Shown here: one piece after another, positions 1 through 12,666 of the stretch
How positions within the stretch are numbered: the stretch's first letter is position 1
Layout of the letters: each line of letters opens with the position of its first letter
DNA from: Scenedesmus sp. PABB004
Lineage: Eukaryota
DNA: 64,000 nucleotides
Assembly (NCBI GenBank): GCA_014905635.1
Contig: JABVCE010000005.1
Coordinates: 248,001-312,000, forward strand
Reading direction: 5' to 3'
Notes under the pieces: model-generated
Seen by the model: the letters and a program-made list of their open reading frames with translations, nothing else
What the model was told of the DNA's origin: nothing
Database searches by the model: none
Made by a program: the position numbers and the translations under genes

Positions 1-3000
1 CGGCTGCGTCCAGCAGCAGCAGCGACAGCAGGCCCTTGGTCTGCAGCTCGTCCTCGCCGCTGCCCGGCAGCAGGCGGCGCTCCATGTTGAGCTGCGTGTG
101 GCAGAGCGCGAGCGCAACGCGCACGTGCAGCCTGCGGCCCTCGCCGCCGCCGCCGGCGCTGGGGGCCGCACTGGCGCGCCGCGCCGTGGTGAGCGCGCCG
201 CTGCTCCAGGCGCCGCCGCGCACCGCGGCTGCGAGGCCGCCCGCCAGCTGCAGCAGCATGCTGACCGAGTGGGGGCCCAGCGTGAGCTTGACGTGCGCCA
301 GCGCCAGCGTGAGCGCGTCCCAGGGCTGCTCCGCGCCCGGCGCGCGCGCCGCCGGCTGCTGCACATAGCTCAGCGCGAGCTGCGGCTGCTGCTGCAGCTC
401 GGCCAGGTGCTGGCCGCCGCTGGCGCTGCCAAACGGCGTCGGTGCTGCCGCGGGGCCCCAGCCCCTCGCGCCGCCCGGCGACGACCCGGCGGAGCTCGCG
501 GTGCTGCGGCGCCGCGCGGGCAGCGCCCAGCTGCCGCCGGCGCTGCCCGCCTCGGGCGACGCCGAGTCGGCGCACGCGCCGAGGCAGGTGAGCATGAACC
601 GATCCAGGAAGTCAACGGCGCACGCCTCCCAGCCGGCTTCGCCGCCAGCCGTGCTGCCGGCGGCGCTGCCGCCCGTCTCGCGGCCCTGCTGCTGCCGCTG
701 GCGGGCGCCGCCGGCGCGGGCCGCCTCGCGCAGCGGCGGCAGCGCCAGGAGCGGGCCCTGGCCCGCTTTGCTCATGGCGCTGAGGCCGCTGGCGCCCCGC
801 GCGCCGCCGCGCTCGGCGGGGGCGGCGCCGCCCAGCGACGGGGGGCCCTGCTTGCGCTGCCGCGCGCGCAGGTGCTGCGCCGCGGAGGCCAGCAGGCTCC
901 TGGTGCCGGAGCGCAGGCTGCGGATGGCCCCAAAGACTTGCATCCCGCCCACGCCCGGCCCGCCTGGCTGCGGCTCCGACAGCAGCTCCGCCGGCGCCAC
1001 GGCGGCGCTGCCGGCCGCGCGCCGCAGCGGCGAGCCCGGCGCGTCGCCGGCGTCACGCCCGCTGCAGCTGCTGCTGCTGCTCGCGGCGGCGTGAAGCGGC
1101 GCGTCGGCCGACGCCAGCCTGTCCGCGAGCAGGGGCTTGCTGAAGCTCCCCTGCCGCCAATTGCAGGGGCTGCCCGGCTGCGGCAGCAGCTCGCCGGTCA
1201 GCGCGCCGGGCGGCTCCGCCACGCCCGCCGGCCGCGCCGCGCCGGCCGCGCTCATGGCGCTCGCGCGGCGGCTGCCAAACCAGCCGGCGTGCGCGCGCGG
1301 CGGCGCCTGGCCCGCCGCCGCGGCGGCCGCCGCCTCGGCGGCCGGGTCTGCCTCGGCCAGGGCGAAGCGATAGAGCATCTGGTACGCCTCGAACGCCGCC
1401 GCCGCGTCGCCCGGGCCCGGCGCGGCGCGGCGCGCCGCGCCGCCGGCGCCCTGCTGCTGCTGCTGAAAGAGCAGGAACATCGCGTAGTCGAGCGCCCGCG
1501 CGACGCCGCGCAGCTCGAGCACGCGCTGCCAGCGGCGGCGGCGCAGCAGGCGGCGCGTCGCGGGGCCGGGCGGCAGGCAGCGCGGCGGCGCCGCCGGCGG
1601 CGGCGCGCCGGGGCCGCCGCCGCCGGGCCGCCCGCGGCCGCGCGCTCGATGCCCAGCGCCTGCCAGCGGCTGAGCGTGGCGGCCTCGTACGCCGCGGTGA
1701 GGCGGGGCGTAAAGGGCGCCAGCACAAAGGCGTTGTGGTTGGCTCCCAGGCAGGGCAGCCCCGCGCGCTCGCCGCCCGCCGACGCCGCGTCGGCGCCGGG
1801 GGCCGACGCGCGGCGCCCGGCGCCGCCGCGCGGCGGCGCCGCCGCGCCGCGCCCCGCCGCCGCCCCAGGCGGCACCGCGTAGCCGGGCGGCAGGAAGACG
1901 CCCGTGGCCGACGGCAGCGTGGCGGGGTTGCGGCAGAGGTCCAGGAGCTGCAGGTCCACCAGCAGCAGCGACGAGACGTGCGCGCGCGCGGCGAGGCCGC
2001 CGTCCGCGCTCGTGCTCGTGCCGGCGCGCAGGCCGCTCACCACGAGGCTGGCGACCGGCGCGATGCGGCGCGCCCACTGCTGCACGAGGCCGGCCTCGGG
2101 CGCGGCGGCGCGGCCGTCGGGGCGCGCAAACGCCGACGGCCTGACCCGGAAGCCGTGCCCCGCGCCGGGCGCGGCGCCTTGAGCCGCTGCGGCGTCGACG
2201 AAGCACAGCACCTCGGCGTACGGCAGCGCCACCAGGACGCTCATCGACGCCCGCGCGGCGGCCGCCGCGCCCGCCTGGCGCGCCGGCAGCGGCGCGGCCG
2301 CGCCCGGGACGGCCGCGTCCGGCGCGAGCGCGCCCGCGGCCTCCACCAGCGCGGTCGCGACCTTGGACGCGGCGGCGGTGCCGCTGCCCGCCTCCTGCGC
2401 GCTGTCCAGCGCCATGCGCGCCGCGGCGCCCGCCGCGCTCTGCCCCGCGGCCGCGAGCCCCTCCGCGGCCGACCCCGGCGGCGGCTCGGCGCCCGCGTGC
2501 AGGCGGCGCCACAGGATGAGGCTTTCCGCCGCCAGCTGGTCCGCCGCCGCCGCGACGAGGCGGACCTGCCACGGCGACAGCCACAGCAGCAGCGCCGCCG
2601 CGGAGGCGCCGGCGGCGGTGTGCTCGCGGCCCGACACGGCCGGCTCGGTGGGGATGTGGGTACTGAGCCGCGCCCACACGCGCTGCAGGCGCAGCAGCGG
2701 CACGGCCGGCTGCGTGGCGGCCAGCGGCGAGCCGGGTGCGCCCCCCGCCGGCGCGAGGCCGGCGGCGAGGCTGCGCCTCGCCGCGCCGCCGCCGGCCGGC
2801 ACCGCCGCCGCGACCGCGGGCAGCAGGCGGTCGGCGTCGTCCGGGTGCAGCCAGACCGCCGCATAGGGGCCGAGCTGCTGCGCCGCGCCGGGGGCGGCCG
2901 CCGACTGGTGGAAGGAGACGTCCAGGTCGGCGCTGGCGTCGCCCTGCTGCAGCAGGCTGCTGTAGCAGCTGCTGTTGTAGCTGCACGGGCGGCAGGGCAG

Positions 3001-4783
3001 GCGGGCGGCGGCGCGCAGAGGCGGGTGAGCGGCTGCGGCACCGGCGCGCGCAGCGCGTGCGGGCGCGGCGCAGCGCGGCCGGCTGGCGGCGCTGGCCGCT
3101 CACCCCACGCTGGCGTGCAGCGTGCGCAGCCGCGCGACGAGCTGCACCGCGCTGGCGGACGGGCGCTGCGCCGCGCCCCCGCCAGCGCCCGTGCCGGCGC
3201 CGTCGACGCGCGCCACGTGCTTCAGCGGCGCCACCACCGCCAGCTGCGGGCAGGCCAGCTCCAGGACGGGGAGCAGCGCGCCGAGGCTGAACGAGAGCGG
3301 CACACGGTGGTGCCGGAAGCTGTCCAGGACCATCTGCGGCGGCGGCGGCGGCGGCGGCGGCGGCGTCCGATCGGCCTGCCGCGCTCGCCGGCGCGCGTGC
3401 GTGTGTGTGCACCACACCGCCGCGCGCGCGCCAGCCGCCGGTGCGCACCTGCCGCAGCGGCACCGGCGCCGCGTCGCCGCCCTCGGGCTGCGTGGCCTCG
3501 TCAAAGCGCCAGACTGCCCGCCAAAAGTCGAGCGCCGACAGCGCGAGCTGCGGCTGCAGCTGCAGCAGCACGGGCCCGAGCTGGGCCTGGCGGCGGCGGC
3601 GGGGGCCAGTGGGCGGGGGCCAGTGGGCGGGGGCGGGAGCGCAGCGCTCGCGCTGCGCGCTGGCCGGCCGCCAGGCGCGCAGGGTGGACAGCCCCCTCCC
3701 TCCCCTGGCGCGGGGCTCAGCCGGCGCCGCACCTCCACGGAGCTGATGTAGGTCGAGATGAGCGAGTCGCCGTAGATGCGGCCGAGGCGCTCCGGCCGCG
3801 CCGCCGCGCTGCCGTGCTGCTGCCCGCCGCAGCCGCCGCCGCCGCCGCCCTCCAGCGGCGCGCCCTCGAGCTCGTCCAGCTGCGGCAGCTGCAGCACGGG
3901 CACGAGCGCGCCGCCGCCGCCGCTGCTGCGCGCGCTGTTCAGCAGGATCTGCAGCTGCTGCACCACGAGGGACGCCGCGCCGACCGCCGTGGCGGACAGG
4001 GCGAGGCCCTTGAGCTCCGCCAGCAGGCGCGGCGACTGCGGCGCCTCGTCGGTGCTCAGCCGCACCGCCACGGCGGGGCAGCGCAGCGACACGGCGAGGC
4101 CTGCGGTCGCGCGTGGCGGCGCGTCAGCCCCCCGCACCACGGCCGCCGCGCGGCCCGCCGCACAGCCGCCGCCGCCGCGGACGCGGCCGCCACCTGGCTC
4201 GCCGTGGGCGTGCTCCGCGCCGCGCCCCGGAATGAGGTCGACGAAGCCCCCCAGCCCGTCCAGCGCCTCGAGCCACTGCTGCCGCAGCGCCGGCGCCGAC
4301 GCGAGCGCGGACGAGTGGCGCAGCGCCACAAAGATGCGGTGCGTGGCGATCTCGCACACCGTCATGCCCGCCTCGGCGCCGCGCAGCGCTTCCGCGGCCG
4401 CAGCGGCTGCGGCCGGCGCGGGCGGCGCGGCGCAGCCGGTCGGCGCGCGCGCGGCGCCTGCCGCCCCCGGCCGCCCCCTGTCGGCGCCAGCCGCAGCTCC
4501 CCCAACACCGCACGCGCCACCCACCTGGCATGCGCGCCGCCGCGCCCCCGCCGCGGTGCTCAAAGCCCGGCAGCGCCGAGTGCAGGGCGCGGTACGCGGC
4601 CAGGTAGCGCCGCCGCGCGGCGAGCGCCTGCCGCATGCTGCCGGGCGGCCGGCGCCGCCGGCACTCGGACAGCACAGCCGCGGCCGCGTGGCGCCACCAC
4701 GCGGCTGGTGCCTCGGCCACGGGCGCCCGCGGGCGCACCGACCACACGGGCGCGAGCCGCTGGTACGTCTGGTGCCTGCGGCA

Positions 4784-4841
<58 letters not shown>

Positions 4842-6492
4842 GGCGTCTTGAGGCGCCCCCGGCCGCCAGCCCACGCGGCGCCCGCGCGCCGGCCCGCGCG
4901 CGCGGCCACCTGGACAGCACCCTGCACACGATGGCCGCCGCGACGGGCGGCAGCGCCACCGAGATGCTCTTCATTTCGATGTGCGCAAACAGGGCCTCGC
5001 ACCGCGCGCTGCCGTGCGCGCCGCCGCCGCCGGCCGCGCCGCCCGCGGGCCGGTAGCGCAGGCGCAGCGCGGCCTGGCCCGGCGCCGCGCCGGGCGGCGG
5101 CGGTGCCGTCCCCGCTCCGGCGGCGCGCGCGTGCCGAGCAAAGCCGACGTCCACCTCGCACTGCCACTGCTTGAGCAGGACGTGCACCTGCTGCCAGCCC
5201 TCCGATATGAGCGCCGCCGCGAGGTCGGCTGACATGCAGCCGCCGCAGCCGCCGCCGCCGCCGCCGCCGCTGCCGCCGGCAGCACCGTCGCTGGCTGCGA
5301 CTGCAGCTGGCGCCGGCGCCGAGGACATGACGGCCACGCTCACGCCCGTGACCACCAGCTGCGATGCGAGCAGCTGCCTCGCCGGCGCCGGGGGCTCGCC
5401 CGCGCGCGCCGCCGCCGCAGCTGGCCCTGCGGCGCCGGACGGCGCGCTGTCGCCGCCCGGCGCCAGCACCAGCGAGCGCACGCTCAGCGCCACGCCGTCG
5501 CGCTGCTGCGGCCGCCCGCGCTGCGCCGGGGCCGCGTGGCCGGGGCCCAGCTGGCCCTGCACCACAAACTGGCAGCAGCAGTCCTCCAGCTGCACCTCCA
5601 ACAGCCCCAGCGCCGCCTTGAGCGCCCAGCGCCGCAGCCAGCCCCAGCGGCCGCCGCCAGCGGCCGCCGCGCCGCCGCCCGCCCACAGCAGCTGCTCCAG
5701 CACCGCAAGCTGCGCCGCCGCGGCGAGCTCCGGCGGCGGCACGGGCTCCTGCGCGTGCCGGAGGCACGGGGGGCAGCTCAGTTTGCCCGCTGGTGCGGCG
5801 GCGGCGCCGCTCGGCAGTGCGCGCCGCTCGCCGCGCCAGCCGCCCTGCCTGCCGCCGCACGCGCGCGCGCGCACCTCTGGCATCTGCCTCTGCAGCAGCT
5901 CCAGGCGCAGCCCGCGCGCGTGCAGCCGCACGCGCTGCCAGCGCGGCCAGGCGAGCCGCGCCTCGGCGACCGCCACCCGCCGCACCACGCACGGCCCGCC
6001 GCGCAGCGCCAGGCTGTCGCCGTCCGCCACAAAGTTGCGCAGGCGATAGCCTGCCGGGCGGCGCGGCGGCGGCAGGGGGCGGCTGGGTGGCCGCACCAGC
6101 GGCGGGCGCAGCGCGCAGCGGCGGCGGCCGTTTCGCAGCCGCCACGCCCCGCGCGGCCGAGCCCGCCGGTGCCCCCTTCCCCGTGAGCCCTGCCCCACGG
6201 TGCCCGGTCCAGGGCCCCGCGGGGCCGGCACCACGCGCCGCGCGCCGCGATGCGCCCGCGCCGGGCCGCGCGCACGCAGCAGTACGCTGCGCGCACCCTC
6301 GACGTCGCCGCCGCCCGCGTCCCGTTCCAGCGCCGCGCCGCCCAGCGACGCGCGCGCCAGGACGCGCCGGGCGATCGAGAGCGCGAGGGCGGCTGCCGCG
6401 CGCGGCAGGAGCAGCAGGGCGAGCACGACGGCGATGGCCAGGCCCGCGCCGACCAGCGGGCTGGCCGCAGCCGCTCCCGCCGCTTCCAGCAT
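1..6492 (-). CDS. VPS13-like bridge-type lipid transfer protein, multi-exon, 3' end runs off the window
   Basis: ATG at 6492. Degenerate Chorein-N-like exons read YRLRNFVADGDSLALRGGPCVVRRVAVAEARLAWPRW...ALKAALGLLEVQLEDCCCQF...GVALSVRSLVL. These are followed by the VPS13-type segment RPRAPVAEAPAAWWRHAAAAV...RRRYLAAYRALH. The frame is open to base 1, apart from one apparent 1-bp deletion at 1610-1613. Confidence 0.65.
4785..4840. repeat. (CGG)n microsatellite in a VPS13-like intron
   Basis: Uninterrupted CGG run just inside an intron acceptor region. Confidence 0.9.
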
Positions 6493-6863
6493 CGGGGCAG
6501 CCGTCCGTGGGCCCTCACGCCCGGTCTGGCTGCGAGGCGCGCATGCTGACAAGCGCCCAGAGCCCCCGCGTGCGCTGGGAGGTCCTGCGGGGCGGCCGTG
6601 GGGCCGGGGGAGCAGTTTCTGGGTGCCGAGCAGGCGGCGGGGCCGGGAGGCGCCGCCGGCGGCACGGCGTCGGGCGGCGGCGGTGCAGCGCCGCGGCCTG
6701 GCCCGCTGCGCCCTGCCGCTGGGCCCCTGTTGCGCCGCCGCCCCTGCAGTCGCCGCCGCCACCACCCCCGCCGCCGCCCTCCTCACCGCCGCGCCGCCTG
6801 CGGCCCGCGCGCGCGGCGCCGGCCGCTGCCGTGCGCAGCAGCAACCGCGCCAACCGCCGCGCG

Positions 6864-7638
6864 ATGCCGGCGCCGCCGGCGCTGGACCAGCTGCCCGCGT
6901 CCTGGCTGGCAGCGCTGTGCGCGTGTGCGCCGCCGCACGACCGGCTCGCGCTCCGATGCTGCTGCCGCTCGCTGCTGGCGGCCGCGGACGGCGCAGGCCT
7001 GCGCCTGTCGCTCGCGGACGGCCTGGGCTCGCCCCGCGCGTGCGCTGCGCTGGCGCTGTCAGGCGCGCAGCTGGCGCAGCTCGACCTCACGGGCGTCGCA
7101 GACGTTGCGCCGCCGGCGGCGGCGCTCGCGCTGCCGCGCCTGGCGTGCCTGTGCTGCTCGCTGGCGCAGCAGCCGCTGCTGGCGGCGGTCGCGGCGGGCA
7201 GCCCGCACCTGACGGCGCTGCGCGCCTGCGGCGCCACGCTCGCCGACGCGCCGCGCTGGGCGGCCGTGGGCAGCGAGCTGCCGGGTGAGGCCCTCACGCC
7301 GCGGCGGCGGCGGGTGCGCCTGCGCCGGCGCGGCCACGTGGCTGCGCCAGCGCTGGCGGCCAAGCCCACGCGCCGCGCGCGCTCCGCGCCGCGGCGCAGG
7401 CCTCGTGGCATCGCTGCGCCGCCTCGAGCTGGACCGTGCGGCCCACCTGCTGCTCACGCACGAGCCCTGCCTCTGGGCCGCTGTCGGCGCTCTCACGGGG
7501 CTGCGGGAGCTGTGCCTCGCCCACGAGCGCCCGCGTGGGCACGCGCCCCGCTGCGCGCTCGGGCGGCAGGCGTGGGCGGCGGCGGTCGCGCCGCTCGCGG
7601 AGCTGACGCGCCTCGAGATGGGCGCGCGCGGCGCGGCC

Positions 7639-7673
<35 letters not shown>

Positions 7674-9090
7674 AGGCCCCGCCGCGCCGCCGCCTCCGCC
7701 GCTGCCCCCGCTCGCGGCGCTGTCGGCGTGCGGCTTTGACGACGAGCTCGCCGCTGAGCCGAGCTGGGCGCTGGCATGGGTGGCCGACTTTGGCGCGACG
7801 CTCACATCGCTCACGCTCACGGCCTGCTCGGGGAATGAGGTCGACTGGGAGGCGCTCGGCACGCTGACAGCGCTGGCCGAGCTGTCGCTGAGCGTGTTCC
7901 CTGACGAGTGCGTCGAGAGCAGCGCGCTCGCCCCCCTCGCGGCCTGCACGGGCCTCACCAGCCTCCGCCTCCTCGGCGGCGCGCTGGTGGTCGAGCCGGG
8001 CCACGCGCCGCCAGGCGGCGCGGCCGCCGCGCCGCCGCCGCGCCGTCCGCCAGGCGGCGCCGGCGGCGCGCAGGGCCAGCGCGGTGCCGCGCGACTGCCG
8101 CAGCTCGTCGGCCTGCGAAAGGTCGTTGCGGGGCTGCTCTGCAAGGCGCCGGTCGCGGAGCTCGCGCCCAACCTCACGGCGCTGCGCGACGTGCGCACGG
8201 ATGCGCCGCGCGGCCGACCTCGGGCCGCCACCCCGACCGCGTGGCGCCGCCCGCGCCCCGCTGACCGCAGCGCCGCCGCCCGCCCGTCCGCCGCCCGCCC
8301 GCCCGGCCCCCCGCCTGCCCGCCCGCCCGCCCGCCGGCGCAGCTGGACTATGACCTCGCCGCGCTGGAGCTGGGCCAGGGCTTTGTGGACGAGCGCCCGC
8401 CGCCCGGCCGCGAGCCGCTCGCGGGCCTGGCGCGCCTGTCGCTGCTGGGCGCCAACATCCACGCGCTCGTGCGCCACGCGGCGACGCCCGCGCTGCACGG
8501 CGCCCCGCTGGCCGAGCTCCACCTTGACATGGTCGGCACGCTCGACGGCGCGCTGGCCGGCGGACGCGCCCTGCCGCGCCTGCCGCACCTCACCAAGCTC
8601 GTCATGTCGCTGCGGCAGCAGGTGGCCGCCGCCGCGCGGCGCTGCGCGGGGAGAGGCCGGGGCGCCGCCGGGCGGGGCTGCCCGCGCGGCGGGCGACTTC
8701 CGAAGCTGCCCCGCCTGCCCGCTCGCCCGCCCCCAGGCGTGCGGCGCCAATCTGGCGCAGACCTACGACACGCGCGAGGACGGCGCGCTGTGGCGCGACC
8801 AGGGCGCGCTGCGCGTGCTGCGTCTGCGCGGCTCGCGCCTGCTGGGGGGCTTCCTGGCCCACGACGACCTGCTCGCCGAGCTCCCGGCCGCGCTGCCACG
8901 GCTGGCGAGGCTGGAGCTGGCGCGCATGGCCGACCTCACCGCTGAGGACCTGGGCAAGCTCGCGGCGGCCGGTGCGGCGCGGCGCATCACGGTGCAGGGC
9001 TGCCGCGGCGTGAGCGCGCGGGACTGCGCGCGCGTGGAGGCCGCTGCCGGCGGCGGCGCTGCGCACGTGGCGGTGGAGTTCCTGGGCTGA
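6864..9090 (+). CDS. F-box-like / leucine-rich-repeat protein, multi-exon
   Basis: The N-terminus MPAPPALDQLPASWLAALCACAPPHDRLALRCCCRSL is F-box-like. LxxLxL motifs recur (LRRLELD, LTGLRELCL, LTRLEMG, LTSLTL, LARLELA). TGA at 9088-9090. Confidence 0.7.
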
Positions 9091-9226
9091 GCGCGCCGCG
9101 GGACGCCGTGGCAACAGCGCCCGTCACATGGCCAGTGCGGCAGCTCAGCCCACCGCCGGCTGCGCAGCTGCAACTCCAAGCAGCCAAGACCTCGCCGCTC
9201 GCGCGCCACCAACTCTCTTGCACATG

Positions 9227-12037
9227 CTAGCGCCGCCGCGCGCCCTTGCTCGAGCCTGGTGCCTCCGCCGCCGCTGCGGCAGCCGCCTTGAGCCGCTTGC
9301 ACACCGGCCGGTGCGCCGGCCACGCTGCTGTCTGGCAGTCCATGCTGCAGAAGCGCACGGCCTTGCAGCCCGCACAGCGCGAGCTCTTGCCGCGCACCAG
9401 CTCGAGCTCGCTCAGCCCCGCCTGGCTGCCGCACGCCGCGTGGTTGCAGCAGCACGCGAGCGGCACCGCCGCGCACACCGCGGCCGCAAACACCTGCGCC
9501 TGCGCCGCCAGCGCGGCGCCGGGCGCGGCGCCGCCGGCGTCCAGCGCGCCCGCCAGCGCGGCCTGCAGCTTCTGCTGCTTCGCCAGCAGCCGCTCGTGCG
9601 CGGCGCCCGCGCACGCCTCGAGCTGCACCAGGCGCAGCCGCTCGCCCAGCAACTGCACGACCTCCTGCTGCTGCACCAGCGCGTCCAGAACGTCGCCTGC
9701 CGGCGGCGGCCCAGCGCTGGCCGCCGCCAGGTGCCTGTCCAGCAGGCCTGCCATGGCCGCCAGGCAGCGCGCCGCGAGCACGAGCCACAGGCCGGGGCCC
9801 TGCTCGGCCGGGCCGGCGGCAGGCGCGCGGCCCGCCGCGCCGCGCCGCGCCGCAGCTTTTGTGGCAGCCGCCGCGACGGCCCTGCCCTGCTGAGCAGCCC
9901 CAGCAAGGCCACCGTGGCGCGCAAGCCGTGAGATGATCTCCGCCGCGGCAAAAGCCTTCACGCCCGCCAGCATCGCGCAGAACAGCTGGCCCTGCAGCTG
10001 GCCACCCCCGCCTGGCGGTGGAGCAGCCTCGCTGCAGCTGCCGCCTGCCCTGCCGCGGCGACCGCTGGCCCCGCTGCGGCTGCCGCCGCCGTCGGCCGCC
10101 GCAAACAGCGCAGGCAGGTCTGAAGCCTGGACGATCTGCGCTGCCCACATGAGAGCAGCAGATGTGTTGCCTCGCTCCTCTGGGGCCTGGCGGCCCAGGG
10201 AGCGCACGACCGCCTCCAGCGCCTGCGCGACGGCGCCCGGCGCCTGGCTGAAGCAGTCCGCCACAGTCGCGCCGAGCCCTGCGCGGCGGCGGCCAGGCAC
10301 GCGAGCGTGAGCCGTCAGGCTGCGCCTGCCCTGTGACAACCACCTGCCGTGCCTACCACTCACCGATGCGAGCCTCCAGGGGGATCAGCACCTCGCAGGC
10401 GTGCTGGACAGCCTGGGCCTTGAGCTGGACACTGATGCTGTCGCTGTCAGGCGCCGCCAGCAGTGCCGGCAGGACGCGCAGCACCAGCTCGGTGGCCAGC
10501 GCGCACGCGCCCACCGCTGCAGCGCTGGCTGGCGGCTCCGCCCCGCCATGGCTCTGGGGCCGCCCCACCAGCAGCTCCGCGCACGCCACCAGGGCGTCCA
10601 CAGCATTCTTCGTGAGTCTGGGATGCCCCTCACGCAGAAAGATCTGAGCCAGCTCCGCCACCACCAGGCTCACCCTGCTGACGCCCGCGACGGTCGACTC
10701 GCGCAGCGCCGCGCCGCCGTCGCCGCCGCTGGCAGCGGCGGCCTTGGCGAGCGCGGGTGTGAAGCGCAGCGGCTGCTGCAGGACGAGCCGGAAGATGTAG
10801 ATGACTGTGCTGGCCGCGCACGGCTCCGCCTTGAGTATGCCCCCATTACTGCTGCTGGGCGTGAACCAGCTGCCGTCGCCCATGCCCAGGGCGGCCAGCA
10901 GCGCCAGGTGGTGGCCGGGCACCACCGCCAGCGGCTCGGCCGCACCGTCGTGGTGCGCGTGCAGCTGGCAGGCCGCCAGCGCCAGGCTGGCCGCCAGCAG
11001 CTGCTGCACCGCCGGCAACGCCAGCGTGCGCTCGGCCGCGGGCTTGCTGAGAGCTGGCAGGCAGTCATTGACCCATCGAACCGCGAGCTCAGAGGCGCTC
11101 TGCAGCAGGCCCCTGCGCCGCTCCACCAGCCCACTGCCAAAGAATGCACGCAAGTCGGTCAGAGCGGGTCCCCCAGGAACGCCGAGACCCCGAGCGCGGC
11201 GCGGCGGCGCCGCCCACGCCGGCGCCGAGCGCAGAACGGCGCACGCCAGCTGCGCCGCGGGCTCCAGCACCGCAAGCGCCTGCGCCGCGGCCGCTGTCGT
11301 CGCCGGCGAGAAGGGGCTGGGGGCGGCCTCGATCTGTCCGCTGCAGGCGGCGAGCACGGCGTTGGCGGACGTGATGAGCACGTCTGCCAGCTTGAGGTGG
11401 AAGCCCCCGTCCATGCGCGGCCCCTCCGCCTGCCAGTCGCGCTCCTCTGCCTCAAACACGGCCACGTGAGCGGCGCAGCTCGCCTCCAGCACGGGCAGCA
11501 GGCCTGCAGGCGGGCAGGCGGGCGGAGCGCGCGTCAGCTGCCAGCCCTATGGGGCGGGCAGGCGCTGGCCAAGTGGCGCGTGCGGCCGGGCAGGGAACGC
11601 CTTGGCGCGGCAGCCGCCGGCGCCCGCGACTCACCCGCGTCCACCAGCTCCGAGAACGCGGTGCGCTGGGGGGCCTGGCCGCCGCGCCAGCGCTCGACGC
11701 TGGCCTCCAGGAACCAAGTGGCACGGCACAGGTTCAGGCAGGCTGCCTCCAGCTGCTCGGCCGTGGATGCGGCGGGGCGCGCCTCCACCAGCGCCAGGCC
11801 GTGCACGATCGCGCGGGCCGCCCACCACACCAGGCGGCGGTCGTGGAACAGTGGCAGCAGCTCGGCGTCGGGCGTGCCGTCTATGCTGTCAACCCACGCG
11901 GCACGCTCCAAGCCCTCCAGGTCTGCCAGCTCGCTCAAGCTGCGCGCCAGGCAGCAGCGCTGCACCGCCTCCAGCAGCCCCGCGGGCACGCCGCCGTTGG
12001 CCGCCGCACGCACCGGCGGCATGGCGACGCTGCTCAT
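9227..12037 (-). CDS. MYND-type zinc finger protein of the green-algal expanded family, 3 exons
   Basis: The C-terminus reads CCNHAACGSQAGLSELELVRGKSSRCAGCKAVRFCSMDCQTAAWPAHRPVC. Introns are GT-AG. The start codon at 12037 is tentative. Confidence 0.8.
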
Positions 12038-12666
12038 ACTGCTGCCGCCCAGCAGACTCGGCGCTGCGGGCGGCGGCGGCGCGGCGCGGCGTGGCGGGCT
12101 TGGCGCGTGGGCGGCGAGCAGCGTGCGCAGCGCGCGGCAGCTGCCAGCCGGCTGCGCCGCGAGGCGCGACCAGGACTGCCCCCAACGCCGCGGCACGCGA
12201 GCACACGCACCACCAGGCGGCCGCCAGCGGTCTCGCGCGTTGGCGGGCAGCAGCGTGGCCGCGGCGCCGGCGCGGCGTGCTGCACCGCCGGCGCAGCGTG
12301 CTGTCGGCGGGCGGTGCGGAGCGGCCGGACGCGCCCTGGCGCTGCCCCGGGGGGCGCGGGAGGCTGCGTGCGGCGCGGCGCGCTCTGGTCGCGCGGCCGC
12401 TGCTGCGTCGCGGAGCGGGCGCCGGCCGCCACGCGGCGGCGTGGCGTGCTCAGTGACTGTGGGGCCCGGCAACCGCAGGGCTGGCGCTGCTCGCCGCGCT
12501 GAACCGCCCTCAAACCGCGCGCCGTTGCACCGCGCGCCGACGCCGCGCGGGCGGCCGCGAGCGGCGCGCACACGCGCAGAGGCTCGCGCGCGGGCGCGGC
12601 GGCACGTCGCTCACTCACAGCACGCGCCCCTCGCACGCCGGCGCGCTCGAGCCGCCAGCCAGCGGC

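Noticed and set aside
98..4851. Very long Arg/Ala/Gly-rich ORFs (98-1882 +, 1735-4851 +; likewise 10401-13181 +, 41637-45434 -, 48077-50677 +)
   Set aside because: They are antisense or off-frame shadows of real genes. Stop codons are rare at this GC content, and the ORFs contain no domain motifs.
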